Below are positions 17,536 to 27,986 of a DNA stretch of 64,000 bases, one piece after another (positions within the stretch are counted from its first letter, which is position 1; the number at the start of each line of letters is the position of its first letter). This DNA comes from an uncultured candidate division Zixibacteria bacterium (GTDB lineage: Bacteria > Zixibacteria > MSB-5A5 > GN15 > FEB-12). A model generated the notes under the pieces. That model ran no database searches, was not told the origin of the DNA, and worked only from the letters and a program-made list of their open reading frames with translations. Where the stretch lies: the NCBI GenBank assembly GCA_963664195.1, contig OY760907.1, positions 576,001 to 640,000 of the forward strand, written 5' to 3'. Made by a program: the position numbers and the translations under genes.

Positions 17536-20295
17536 CTACTCGAACGGCAATCCTCCCGAAACCGGACGGCCGAGCATTTGCTGCAAGTACGGATCTGAGA
17601 GATTGCGACCGTATTCACCGTGACGGCGCGCAGACTCTATCATATCGGTCTGACGTCCGGTCTGATTGAGGACCATGATGAGCTTGCGCCAGGTGTAATT
17701 ACTGTTGGGATTGATATCAAATGCCTTCCAAACCAGTTCTACTCCCTGGTCGATCATGGCGGAATCCCCGGTCAGCCGTCCAAGCTCGACTTTCGTAGAA
17801 CCGAGGTCTTGCAGGTAGTAGTAGTTGGTGGGATTGGACTCCACAAACGCCGCCAGCGTGTCATGCAATTGCTGCTGCAGCGCCAGCGCCCTGGCGCTGT
17901 CACCGGTGCGGCGAGCCAACTCAGAGAGATTATCGTACGGTTGCCAGTATTCAGGATAGACGTCGATCATGTGTTCCATCAGGGCTACGGCCCTGGTAGT
18001 GTCGCCGTCGTGAAGAAGTGCATCGTAGAGACGCAGAGTGCTCATGCCTACTCCGAGCGGCACTCCGGTAGCGTTGTCGTCGCGGAACACTTCAGAGCTT
18101 TCCATTCCGTCGAACCGGTACGTATTCATGAACAGATCGTAACTCTTTTCCACGTCGATAAGGCGCTCCGGCGGATTCAGTTCCAGCTTGAACACCTGCC
18201 CGACTTGCACCGCCTTCTCCCTGAGTTTGAGGGGCGAGCCGGAATACGGCGGCGAACTGAAATAGATCGGGTCTTTGAACTTGTTGCCGAGAACGATCTC
18301 ATCGGTAATCATGTCCGCGACTCTTAAGGCGCCACCGTTGAACGGCTGAGCAACCATGTAAGTGCGGATACCTCGTGGCCGATGCACGAACCGCTCCGCC
18401 GGATGAGTCACGATAGTACCGTTAGCCGACTCGTAATCATTCCAGAGAATCTGTTCATCGGTCAATCCGATCGGTACGTCGTACCGGTTCTTCATCTGGG
18501 CCACATACCAGTCAGTATTAAGCAGCGACAGGTTGACTACGCGAATGTCTTTGCGGTAGTCATAGACTTCCTGAAGACACCAGACCGGGAAGGTATCGTT
18601 ATCACCGGCGGTGAAGAGAATCGCGTTCTTGTCGCAGGAATCCAGAAGATTCTTAGCATAACAATACGGCAGGATATTCTTGGATCGGTCATTGGCATGG
18701 TAATTGTGCCCGAGCGAAATCAGCGGAAGTAACACCAAGATGCAACACGCATACGTGACGGTGCGGCGTATCCCGGAATCGGAGTCCCTGAAGATGTCTT
18801 TGACATACTGCATCAGTGCCGATATCCCCATCCCCATAGCGATGCCGAAGAATACAAAGGCCGGCGTAAAGAAATAGTCACGGTTCCTGACCTCGAGATA
18901 GGCATCACCCGTTCCAAAAAACGCGTAACGGGTGCCGTCGGCGAAGTTCATATACAAAATAAGTCCGACCGAGCAGAGTAAGAGCAGGGTAAAGAACGGT
19001 AACCCGATCTCAAGTCGTTTGCGAATCGCCACGATTGCCCCCAGCAGGCCGAGAATAAGGAACGGCGCAAACTTCCAGCCCCCGTCGGAGTACTGCTCCT
19101 CAAAGTAGGACCAGAACCCCATGTGAATGTGGCGACCGAACTGGTTTTCAAGCGCGCCGCGACGGACAAACATGCGATCTACCATCGACACCTGGCCGTA
19201 CTGTTTGCGGTCCAGGAAATCGACGAAAGTCTGGAAGCTGCGTGACGGGTTGTTCTCGTCGATTCGCGGGTTGTGCGCCGACCGAATCGGTATGTACAGA
19301 TGGCATGAGAACCCCACAAAACCGATGACCAGGATCGCCAGGGCGGTCTTCCACTGAACGCTGAATCCCATCTGCTTGCCCAGGTAGGCCAGAATCAAGA
19401 TGCCCGCAATGCCAATCGGTAACAACATGAAATAGAGGCTGAACGCGATCATGACCGAAGAGCAGGTCGCAATGGCAACCAAAATGCCCCAATGAATCTT
19501 CTTGTGCAGTTTGAACAGAAGGAGCGCGCCGAGAATGACTGAGACAATCTTGAACGTCCCGGCTCCCCCTCGCCCGTCGGAAAACACAAGAATGAGTGCC
19601 AGTTCGAGAATCACGTAGGCACAGACCATCAGGTAGTCTTTCCAATCGGCCTCTTTCTTGAGAATGAAGAAAATGGCACAGACCGGAACGACCAGAAAAA
19701 CCGTCATGTGTACGCCAAGTCCGAGCATGCCGAGATACATGGCCATCACCATCGTGCCGGCCGCCTGCATCGTACCGCGCTGTTCGAAATACCGCATGGT
19801 CAACCAGACGATACATACAGAAAGGGCCAGCCCGAGACCGTACGCCTCCGCCTCAACCGAGTTGCCCCAGTTTGTGGACGAGAAGGCAACGAAAAAGCCA
19901 CCGGCGATACCACCCACATAGGTGATCAGGCGATTGATCCCACTCTCTTCGTCGGAGCGCAGAAAGTACTTAACCAGCCGAACAGTAAGCAGATAGCTGA
20001 ACATGGCCGTAAACGACGAGGAAATCACGGTGGTATAATTGATCCGATAGGAGATATCTTCAACAAACGGTATGATTGAGAAAATCCGGTTTATCAGCAT
20101 CAGCAGTGGAGTTCCGGGCGGGTGCGGAATCCCCAGGATGTATGAGCTGGCGATGAACTCGCCGCAATCCCAGAAAGAGAACGACCGCTGGACGGTCATG
20201 GCGTAGACAATAAACGCCCCCAGGAAGACGAGCGCGGCCAATATGGCATTGGTACGATCACAGTTCCGGGAGTTTGCATGGGTAAGGTCGGACAA
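17536..20295 (-). CDS. DUF2723 / TMEM260-like GT-C glycosyltransferase (protein O-mannosyltransferase-like) with C-terminal TPR-like region
   Basis: FWDCGEFIA..LGIPHPPGTP, EAEAY, EVRNRDYFF, GDNDTFPVW, RVVNLSLLNTDWY; many TMs; TTG start with AGGAG SD. Confidence 0.85.
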   Translation of the reverse strand: MSDLTHANSRNCDRTNAILAALVFLGAFIVYAMTVQRSFSFWDCGEFIASSYILGIPHPPGTPLLMLINRIFSIIPFVEDISYRINYTTVISSSFTAMFSYLLTVRLVKYFLRSDEESGINRLITYVGGIAGGFFVAFSSTNWGNSVEAEAYGLGLALSVCIVWLTMRYFEQRGTMQAAGTMVMAMYLGMLGLGVHMTVFLVVPVCAIFFILKKEADWKDYLMVCAYVILELALILVFSDGRGGAGTFKIVSVILGALLLFKLHKKIHWGILVAIATCSSVMIAFSLYFMLLPIGIAGILILAYLGKQMGFSVQWKTALAILVIGFVGFSCHLYIPIRSAHNPRIDENNPSRSFQTFVDFLDRKQYGQVSMVDRMFVRRGALENQFGRHIHMGFWSYFEEQYSDGGWKFAPFLILGLLGAIVAIRKRLEIGLPFFTLLLLCSVGLILYMNFADGTRYAFFGTGDAYLEVRNRDYFFTPAFVFFGIAMGMGISALMQYVKDIFRDSDSGIRRTVTYACCILVLLPLISLGHNYHANDRSKNILPYCYAKNLLDSCDKNAILFTAGDNDTFPVWCLQEVYDYRKDIRVVNLSLLNTDWYVAQMKNRYDVPIGLTDEQILWNDYESANGTIVTHPAERFVHRPRGIRTYMVAQPFNGGALRVADMITDEIVLGNKFKDPIYFSSPPYSGSPLKLREKAVQVGQVFKLELNPPERLIDVEKSYDLFMNTYRFDGMESSEVFRDDNATGVPLGVGMSTLRLYDALLHDGDTTRAVALMEHMIDVYPEYWQPYDNLSELARRTGDSARALALQQQLHDTLAAFVESNPTNYYYLQDLGSTKVELGRLTGDSAMIDQGVELVWKAFDINPNSNYTWRKLIMVLNQTGRQTDMIESARRHGEYGRNLSDPYLQQMLGRPVSGGLPFE

Positions 20296-20447
20296 AACGG
20301 ACTCCTAAAGGCATAAAGCCATTACGTCGATAAAGTTAAGGGCTATCGATTTTTGATCGAAAACCAAATATAATAGCTGGCACTTTGATGCCAACAACAT
20401 TTTTACCAGATTAGCGGCAACATCGATTAATCAATTAGGAGGTAGCT

Positions 20448-20696
20448 GTGCTTATTTGGAGTGGACTTTTGTTCTTCCTCGGCATACTGGCCTTTGTCGA
20501 TTCAATGTTCAACATGGGTCAGATATTTCGCCAGGTGAATTCGGTTATGTTCCTGCTGATATCTCTCGCGCTCTTCATCCGGACCACCACCAAAGCAAAA
20601 GAGGGCAAGCTGGAAGATTACCGACAGCGCGTATTCAGTCTTGAACGTCAGGTTCAATCGCTAAAAGCCAGTCAGGAGAAGCTGAACCAATTCTAG
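20448..20696 (+). CDS. Small 2-TM membrane protein with C-terminal coiled coil
   Basis: AGGAGG SD before GTG; two hydrophobic segments. Confidence 0.7.
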   Translation: MLIWSGLLFFLGILAFVDSMFNMGQIFRQVNSVMFLLISLALFIRTTTKAKEGKLEDYRQRVFSLERQVQSLKASQEKLNQF

Positions 20697-22537
20697 CCGA
20701 CTTCCTGCGTGGCCAGTAGCTCCCTCAGTCTCGCCCGTATTTCGGAAACGAAGGGATAGTCCGGATACGCCTCCAGCAATTGACGATAGATGTCCCTGGC
20801 TTGATCGATACCCGACTCTGCCCCAACCAGAATGTCAGCTTTGAGCTTCAACCCGAGCGGTGAGTAGTAAGAATCCTCGAACTCCGTCGACAGACGGTCA
20901 ATAGCGACAAGAGCGGCTGTTGTGTCGGCCGATTCCATCTCCAATTCGACCAGATCAAACAACGCGATGTCAGCCAGGGCCCGGTTGTCAGCACCGATCA
21001 CTTCACCCAACTTCGCACGAGTGGAATCCGTCAATCCCTGCTGTTGCAGGAACAGGGCGGCCGCGTAGTCACCGAGCAAAGCCTTGTCTTCACCGGCTTG
21101 ATCAAACAGCAGAACCATGCGAAGCGCATCGTTGACAAACATCCCCTGTGGATAATCGACCATCAGCTTGCGGAAACCTGCCGCAGCAGAGTCGAACTCG
21201 TTTGCGAACAGACTGATTAGCGAAAGGAAGTATGCCGTCTCCTCAAGCTGGTCGTTTTCAGCTTTGCTGTTGGCGATCTCGACGAAACCGGTTTTGGCTT
21301 CCTCCAGTTGGCCGGATCGAAGGTAGCAGTGCGGAATAGCCTGTCTTGCATTCAGATAGCCGTTGCCTTGCGGGAAGTTGTTCACTACCGAGTCAAAATA
21401 GACCAGGGCTTGTCGATAGTCATGCAGGAACTCAGAATAAACCACACCAATTCCGAAGAGGGCGTCGCCAAGAATCCGCGGATGCGAGTTAGTGGCCGCA
21501 ATCTTGTCGTAGGCGGCAATGGCATCCCGTGAACGTCCAAGGCGCACCAGCGCCTCGGCTCTGGAAAACGCGGCCTCTATTCCGAATCGGGGATCGTCGT
21601 GGTGTTCGAGAAAGTGCTCTCCCACTCTGACCACCTGCTCCCAGGCCTGCCGCTCACGACAGCGGCGCATAACGTTGATCAACGGCGTTCCTGTTCCGCC
21701 TGAAAGAGAGTCCTGACGAAGCGCAATGGCAAAGGCCTCATCAAAACGGTCGATCTTAACGTAATGGTCGGCCAGAAGACGCAGGGTGCGCTGCCCCGCG
21801 GTACTGTCGGCAAAGGACATCAGCACATCTTCAACCTGTTCGGCAGACTCGGGGAACGATAGCAGCGCGAGCAGTTTTCTCTCGGCATTACCTGCGTCAC
21901 GGGTTGAGTCCTGATTCAGGACCGGGATATACTCACGAGCAGCCTCGACATACTCGCGCCTGGCCTCCAGCAGCCCTCCGCGCTCGAGCCGGAACAGGGT
22001 CGGGTCCTTAATACCCTTGCGAACCTTGTCGATATGGGCCAGTGCATTCTCTTCCATCCCCGCGGCAATCATGCTGCGAATGATGAGCAACTGGTTACTG
22101 GCGTTCTTTGAATCAAGCTGTTTCTCGACCGCCCGATACTGAACGATGGCTTCCTCAATCTTCCCTTGTTTCGCCAACAACTCGGCGAGATTGAGTCGTG
22201 AACCAACCGCCTGTGGCTGCCTCTGCAGTATCCGTCTGGTCAGTAGTTCTGCCTTGCTGTACTGTTTGAGCTGTTGATAGCAGGTCTTCAGCAGATTCTC
22301 GATAATCCCGTTGTCGGTTGAGGACTCGTATGCGGTTTCAAGTACATCAGCCGCTCCCTGATAGTCGCGCGCCCTGATTAGTTTCCGCGCCAGAGCGATC
22401 CGGGAGTTGGTGTCTTGCTGCTTGAGACCGATGACCGGCTTGTCCTGGAAAGGACTCTGTGATTCCTGGGCAGATGCCGGAAAAACGCAGACCGCAGATA
22501 AAGCGGCGACCAACAGTATGGAGACAGATAACTTCAT
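20693..22537 (-). CDS. Secreted TPR-repeat protein
   Basis: Signal peptide (ASA-Q); repeated helical motifs such as A...Y...YP. Confidence 0.85.
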   Translation of the reverse strand: MKLSVSILLVAALSAVCVFPASAQESQSPFQDKPVIGLKQQDTNSRIALARKLIRARDYQGAADVLETAYESSTDNGIIENLLKTCYQQLKQYSKAELLTRRILQRQPQAVGSRLNLAELLAKQGKIEEAIVQYRAVEKQLDSKNASNQLLIIRSMIAAGMEENALAHIDKVRKGIKDPTLFRLERGGLLEARREYVEAAREYIPVLNQDSTRDAGNAERKLLALLSFPESAEQVEDVLMSFADSTAGQRTLRLLADHYVKIDRFDEAFAIALRQDSLSGGTGTPLINVMRRCRERQAWEQVVRVGEHFLEHHDDPRFGIEAAFSRAEALVRLGRSRDAIAAYDKIAATNSHPRILGDALFGIGVVYSEFLHDYRQALVYFDSVVNNFPQGNGYLNARQAIPHCYLRSGQLEEAKTGFVEIANSKAENDQLEETAYFLSLISLFANEFDSAAAGFRKLMVDYPQGMFVNDALRMVLLFDQAGEDKALLGDYAAALFLQQQGLTDSTRAKLGEVIGADNRALADIALFDLVELEMESADTTAALVAIDRLSTEFEDSYYSPLGLKLKADILVGAESGIDQARDIYRQLLEAYPDYPFVSEIRARLRELLATQEVG

Positions 22538-22546
22538 GCGAACGCG

Positions 22547-25500
22547 CTATTCCCTTCCTGTCGGTTGTTGCCCGTTGCGATACTCGGCTTCCGCCTTGAG
22601 CAACGCCTTGAAATACGCTTTGATCTGTTCCTCATACTGAGGAGGATAGTCCTTGCCCATGAACTTGCGCAGCCGGTCTTCCAGCCTGGCACCGTCTTCG
22701 AGAAAACCTTCCGGCAGTGAGGGGGGAACAAACACCGCCTGATCGGTGGCTGAATTGGCTCGTCGTTTCTCCGAGAAATCCTTCCGCTGAAGAGAGCGTG
22801 TGGCCTCGAGCATGCGTGAGTAAATCTGCAACTGGCGCTCGGTTGTCTCGGGGCCGATCTCACCGGAGAGCAAAGCCTCCTCCACCTTTTCCATTTCTTT
22901 GCCGATATCGGAGAGGCGACCAAGAATCTGGCGCGATCCTCCGAATTCCTGTTCCAGTTGCTGGAGAGATTTACGGATCGCCCCCTGCTCACCGGCCAGG
23001 CGCTGTAATCCCTCACGCGACTGAGCACCTTCCATCCCCTGATTGGGTCGACCGGACTCCCCCATCCTCGGGTTGTCACAGTTTCCGGGCTTATTGCACT
23101 GCCCCTGAGTTTCCTGGTTCAACTGATTCTGCTTATTGCAGAGCGACTCCATTTTGGGCATGCCGCTATTGCAGCTTGCATTTGGATTGTTGCACTGGTT
23201 CATCTGGTCCAGCGATTCCATTAGCCGTGTAGCGGTGCGGTTCAGACCGGCCATCGCCTCACGCTGGTGTCTCATGGCGGAGCTGCCGAGTTTCTCGCCA
23301 AACCCCTCGGTGGCGAGATTCATGTTCTGCATGGCGTTGTTCACCAGCGATTGTAACTCGCCGGCAATGAACGGTGACTTGCGCCCCATCGACTCGATTG
23401 CCTGCTTCAACCCGTTACAGGCTTCCCGAACATCCTGCTGGGAGGCGGCCATATCACGAAGGACCATCGATCTCGGATCAATCGTCTGAGCTTCACGAAG
23501 CAGGTCTTCTTCTTCCTGCGAGAGGTGATTGGCGTGATCGATAGCGCGCCGCATCTCTTTTCTGAGTTGCTCGGCGTCGTCGGAATTCAGCGCCAACTGC
23601 GCCTGTTGCATCTGATCGAGCATCTGGAGCAACTTGGAATGAGCTTTCTGCCCTTCGTTCTGCGCGTCCTGCTTCTGCTGCTGGTTCAGTGCGTTGGACA
23701 TCTGCTGCATGTTCTGATCGGCGTCGGTCTTTTCCAGCGCCTCGGAGAATTTCTGTGCCTCCGGGTTCTCCTGCATGTCTGCTTCCGCCATCAACTTCTG
23801 GAGGTCTTCGCCCTCTTTCTTGAGTTGTTCCAGCGACTCGCGGTTTTCATCTTCAGGCTGACTCAGTTGCGGCAGCGATTCATTGTTGGCGGCCTCGGTA
23901 TCCTCGTTGGATTTCTTCTGACGGGCCACGATTTCCTCGGCCTTACGCACCATCGCTTCCATTTTCTGCTGCACCTGCATCTTCTTCAAGAGGGCAAGAG
24001 TGCGTTCCAGACGCTGCATCAGTTCTTCCTGAGACAGTTCCATGTCCTTCATCGCCTTCTGCATTTCCTCGCGATCCATCTGCTGAAGCGCTTCCATCAG
24101 TTTCCGCTGGGCCTCGCGCATCTCCGGTGTGGCAACGTCCTGGAAAAGCTTCTGTATCTCCGCCAGCTTCTCCATGATCTCGCGGCTCATCAGGGAGTTA
24201 TCCTGCATCTTTTCCAGGGACTTCTCCATCTGATCCGCCATCTGTTCGACCTGCTGCAGCATCTCTTCGTTCTTCTGCGCGATTGACTCAAGTTCCTTCT
24301 GTTGCTGCCATTCCGCCGACTGAGTACTCTGGTTCTGTGATTCAAGCTTGCGGGCCGCCTCTTTCAACCTGCGGCTGAGTTCCTTGCCGGTCTGGATTAG
24401 TTCCTCGGTGTCGGCAACGCGACGATTCGACTCCTGCTCTCCCTTCGTGAGGATTTCTTCGAGCGAAGGTATCCGGGCGACATACTTTCGCGAGGCGGTG
24501 ATCTTTGGTCCGGAAATGATGTCGTTGTCCGCGATCTCGAAATAGTACGTCACGTAGTCTCCAGGGTACATGTTGAGGCGATCCATGTCCCAGTTGAACT
24601 CGACATCTCCCTCTGTCTTGATTTTGTCGGAGAAGTGAAGCACCGCCACGTGTTCCTCGGAGGGCCGCCCCTGAGAGACCTGCGTGAATTTCATAACGAG
24701 CGAGGAGAAGCCGAAGTCATCGAAAATCCGGACCAGAAGAGGCAGTATCATCTCGTCATTGAGGTTGACGTCGAACCCCGGCCGGATGACATCAATCGAG
24801 GGGTACTCATCCGGAATAGCCGTAATATAGTACTCCACGGGGTCGGGGTTTTTTTCGCCCAGTCGGTTCAGTAATTCGATTCGATATGCTTTCGACCGAT
24901 CCACCACCATCGAGAGCTCGGCCGACTTCCCGTCGACTGTAAGCGGCGTACGGCTGCTGTCCTCAAACACCAACGCGGCCTTTTCAATGGGAAGGTTGGT
25001 TTCTATCTTCATGTTCACCCGGCTGCCGACGACGGCCGAAAACGAACCGTTGATTTCATCGATGGTCGTTGGTGACAGCCCGGTATAGTCAGGGTAGAAT
25101 ATCTGTAGCTTGATGCCGCTCACTCGCGGGCGATCGACAACGTCTATCTGCTGCACTTCGGTTGTAATTTCGCCTGCCTCGATGAAGAAATCGAACGAGC
25201 GATTGATCTGCCGCAAAGTAATACCAAACACGAGAGAGTCGCCGCTCTCGACCACGTGCTGCTCAACCGCGGCGAGGTCAACGCGCGTTTTCTGCCAGCT
25301 TCCTCCGGCAAGACGGTGGTGTATGTAGGCCGTTTCGGGAAGTCTCAGGCCTGTCACTGCGCCGCCGATCCTGATGTCACGGTATTTCACCCACTCGGTG
25401 GATCCCGGCACCGCCACCACCTGATAAGCTACCGGGGGGGCGATCCGGGTTGTCGGGTGCGAATAGACTTCGAACGCATAGCTAAAAAACCCCGGTGCAA

Positions 25501-26005
25501 CCAGCAACACGATAACGGCCAGGGCTGCAGCCGTAACGAAATACTTGCCGGTCCTGAGAATCGGATGGAGTGTGACGACCTCGCCAAAATCGATGTGGCC
25601 GGATTCCCGCAGCGCCTGTTCTTCAGTAACGCGGATGAGGTCGGAAGAGAAACCGTCGTGTCGTACCGATCGCGAGAACTGTATGGCGGCAATCAGCCTA
25701 CCCTTCAGATCAGGGTTGCGCTCTTCAAGCGCCAGTGCTACCGAGTCGACACTTCCATGGAACAAGCGTGATACGGCAAAGCGTACAAACAGATAAATCG
25801 TCACGCCGCCAGTGAGTACCAAAAGCGATGCCTTGAGCCAGACGGGCAGAACCATGACATTGGCCAGTAACGAAAGCACAACCGATGTAGTCAGGAGTGC
25901 AGCCACGGCCAAGAGGGAGCCGCCGATGAACAGCACAAGACGCTGCCGCGACAAAACTCCGCGAAGTCCTCTCTCCAACTGCGAGCTTGATTTGATTTCA
26001 GCCAT
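22547..26005 (-). CDS. DUF4175-like membrane-anchored Gln-rich coiled-coil protein
   Basis: N-terminal TMs, YPDYTGL, DDFG, EIADNDIISGPK, long QEM-rich helices, YPPQYEEQIKAYFKAL end. Confidence 0.75.
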   Translation of the reverse strand: MAEIKSSSQLERGLRGVLSRQRLVLFIGGSLLAVAALLTTSVVLSLLANVMVLPVWLKASLLVLTGGVTIYLFVRFAVSRLFHGSVDSVALALEERNPDLKGRLIAAIQFSRSVRHDGFSSDLIRVTEEQALRESGHIDFGEVVTLHPILRTGKYFVTAAALAVIVLLVAPGFFSYAFEVYSHPTTRIAPPVAYQVVAVPGSTEWVKYRDIRIGGAVTGLRLPETAYIHHRLAGGSWQKTRVDLAAVEQHVVESGDSLVFGITLRQINRSFDFFIEAGEITTEVQQIDVVDRPRVSGIKLQIFYPDYTGLSPTTIDEINGSFSAVVGSRVNMKIETNLPIEKAALVFEDSSRTPLTVDGKSAELSMVVDRSKAYRIELLNRLGEKNPDPVEYYITAIPDEYPSIDVIRPGFDVNLNDEMILPLLVRIFDDFGFSSLVMKFTQVSQGRPSEEHVAVLHFSDKIKTEGDVEFNWDMDRLNMYPGDYVTYYFEIADNDIISGPKITASRKYVARIPSLEEILTKGEQESNRRVADTEELIQTGKELSRRLKEAARKLESQNQSTQSAEWQQQKELESIAQKNEEMLQQVEQMADQMEKSLEKMQDNSLMSREIMEKLAEIQKLFQDVATPEMREAQRKLMEALQQMDREEMQKAMKDMELSQEELMQRLERTLALLKKMQVQQKMEAMVRKAEEIVARQKKSNEDTEAANNESLPQLSQPEDENRESLEQLKKEGEDLQKLMAEADMQENPEAQKFSEALEKTDADQNMQQMSNALNQQQKQDAQNEGQKAHSKLLQMLDQMQQAQLALNSDDAEQLRKEMRRAIDHANHLSQEEEDLLREAQTIDPRSMVLRDMAASQQDVREACNGLKQAIESMGRKSPFIAGELQSLVNNAMQNMNLATEGFGEKLGSSAMRHQREAMAGLNRTATRLMESLDQMNQCNNPNASCNSGMPKMESLCNKQNQLNQETQGQCNKPGNCDNPRMGESGRPNQGMEGAQSREGLQRLAGEQGAIRKSLQQLEQEFGGSRQILGRLSDIGKEMEKVEEALLSGEIGPETTERQLQIYSRMLEATRSLQRKDFSEKRRANSATDQAVFVPPSLPEGFLEDGARLEDRLRKFMGKDYPPQYEEQIKAYFKALLKAEAEYRNGQQPTGRE

Positions 26006-26071
26006 GGTGTTCTCCCGCTCTCAACGCTGTCTCTAAAGGCCCGTATTTAAGAGTATCGGTCGCCCGTACAC

Positions 26072-26809
26072 CTAGTACAACAGGGCATAGGCAAGTATGT
26101 TCAGTCCCATTCGGAACGCCTCTTGACGTTTCTCCGGGGGATCATTGTGGACTTGTCCGTCTTCCCATCCGTCGCCGATGTCCGATTCCACCAGGAAATA
26201 GACCACAACCCGTCCGCCCACAATTATCGCGTACCCTCGCGGAGGGAGGTTGTCATGCTCGTGGATTTTTGGGGGGCCGTTGGGGAAGTCATAAAAACAA
26301 TGATAGATAGCATGATCAAACGGAAGTTCGACGACCTCACGCTCGGGAAACAACGCGGCCATTTCCTTGCGGAAGGTTTCGTCCATGCCGTAGGAGTCAT
26401 TGACGAAGAGAAATCCGCCCCCGGCAAGAAATGACCGCAGACGTTCTTTCTCCTCGGTGGAAAAACTGATCACCCCGTGTCCGGTGGCAAACAGAAACGG
26501 ATACTGGAACAATTCAGGATCCATGATTTTGACCTGTCGTTCGAGTGTGTCGACGACAAAATCGGTGTTATCCCGGACGTATTTAAGAAAATTCGGAATC
26601 GCCGAGTTACCCCAATACCAGTCGCCACCGCCGGAGTAGTGCAGGCGGGCAACTTTGATGGCCGACGGGTTCGGATTGAACTGTCCCTCCAGATAGCCAC
26701 GTTCCGGCGCCAGAGGATCGCTGAGCGGTGTCTGCGCGGCCGCAAGGCCGGCCAGGCCGACGGCTATGGCCAGCGCCAGAAGTATGTGAATTGGACGTAC
26801 CTTACCCAT
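26072..26809 (-). CDS. DUF4159 domain protein
   Basis: ARLHYSGGGDWY, YPFLFATGHG, GGFLFVND, GPPKIHEHD, DIGDGWED, AFRMGLNI. Start moved to MGKVRP. Confidence 0.85.
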   Translation of the reverse strand: MGKVRPIHILLALAIAVGLAGLAAAQTPLSDPLAPERGYLEGQFNPNPSAIKVARLHYSGGGDWYWGNSAIPNFLKYVRDNTDFVVDTLERQVKIMDPELFQYPFLFATGHGVISFSTEEKERLRSFLAGGGFLFVNDSYGMDETFRKEMAALFPEREVVELPFDHAIYHCFYDFPNGPPKIHEHDNLPPRGYAIIVGGRVVVYFLVESDIGDGWEDGQVHNDPPEKRQEAFRMGLNILAYALLY

Positions 26810-26950
26810 ATCTTCTAATATACGCCTTTTGGAGAGTTTCCGCCCAAAAAAACAGGGGATTTCCGCGCAGGCGGCCTGATTGCCGTCACACGAGAACACG
26901 TTGGTGTCGCTGTCGTATGACTGTACGTAGCTGGCAGAGTTTCTCTACGC

Positions 26951-26981
26951 AAAAAAAGGCTGCCGAAGCGATTCGGCAGCC
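26951..26981 (-). terminator. Intrinsic terminator of secDF
   Basis: GGCTGCCGAA/TTCGGCAGCC stem followed by T7 on minus strand. Confidence 0.85.
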
Positions 26982-27003
26982 CTTGGATAGTCGATAGATG
27001 ACT

Positions 27004-27023
27004 GTCAGACAGGGTCGTCTGAC
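27004..27023. repeat. REP-like palindrome copy
   Basis: GTCAGACAGGGTCGTCTGAC, one mismatch to the reverse complement of 7530-7549. Confidence 0.55.
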
Positions 27024-27044
27024 AACCAAAGAAAACAGTCTCTG

Positions 27045-27971
27045 CTACTTAAAGCGTTTCGGCCAAAGGGCTTCCCACTCAACCACTATCGGCGAAGCGA
27101 CAAAGATCGAAGAGTAGGTGCCGACGAACACGCCAAGAATCAGGGCTATCGAGAAGTTGCGGAGCACTTCACCGCCAAAGATGGCGAGTGTGCCGACCAC
27201 CAACAGAACCGTGAAAGAGGTGTTGAACGTACGAGACAGCACTTCGTTAATCGAGAGGTTGACCGCCTGGACGAATTCACCACGACCACGGAACTTCTTG
27301 AGGTTCTCCCTGATGCGATCGAACACCACCACGGTATCCGTCAGGGAATACCCCGCAAGGGTCAGTAGCGCAGTAACGATTAACAGGTCGAATTCCAACC
27401 CCATCAGATAGCCGATACCGAGCACCGCAAGCACATCGTGAAAAGTAGCGACCGTGGCAGCAATGCCGGAACGGAAATCGAATCGGAGCCAGATATAGAT
27501 GATGATGCCGATCAAAGAAATCAGAATTGCCTTTATTGCATCGCTGCGAAGGCTCTTACCTACCGCCGGGCCGATGATGTGTTCGGCATCAACTTCAAAG
27601 ACGTTGCCTTCAAACCGCTCGCCGAGGATCTGCTTGATAAGCGCGACCCGGTCTTTTCCTTCAGCTTCGGACTCCGGACGCTTGGTTTTGATAATGAACG
27701 CGTTCGGGTGCTCAAAGTCAGAAAGCTCGGTTACCAGTACGTCATCGAGGCCCCCCGAAAGAGCACCGCGGAGGTCGTCGATTTCAATGGACTGTGCAAA
27801 GTGCCCCTGCAGCATAGCGCCACCGGCGAAATCGATGCCCATTGGTGCCTTGCCGGTTGCGACCATAACCAGGGCAAAAAGCCCCAGTGCGACCAGCAAT
27901 GCGGACACTCCAAAGGCAATTCGACGAACGCCAATGAAGTTTATGTTCGTGTCAGGAAATATTCTGAACAT
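27045..27971 (-). CDS. secF: Protein translocase subunit SecF
   Basis: GIDFAGG, IGPAVG, HD, GYSLTDTVVVFDRIRE, GTYSSIFVASP. Confidence 0.96.
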   Translation of the reverse strand: MFRIFPDTNINFIGVRRIAFGVSALLVALGLFALVMVATGKAPMGIDFAGGAMLQGHFAQSIEIDDLRGALSGGLDDVLVTELSDFEHPNAFIIKTKRPESEAEGKDRVALIKQILGERFEGNVFEVDAEHIIGPAVGKSLRSDAIKAILISLIGIIIYIWLRFDFRSGIAATVATFHDVLAVLGIGYLMGLEFDLLIVTALLTLAGYSLTDTVVVFDRIRENLKKFRGRGEFVQAVNLSINEVLSRTFNTSFTVLLVVGTLAIFGGEVLRNFSIALILGVFVGTYSSIFVASPIVVEWEALWPKRFK

Positions 27972-27986
27972 GGTATTCTTCTTCTC

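Noticed and set aside
20378..20393. sigma54-like TGGCACTTTGATGC
   Set aside because: GG-to-GC spacing is 9 nt rather than the required 10. It is only a short TGGCA/TGCCA palindrome.
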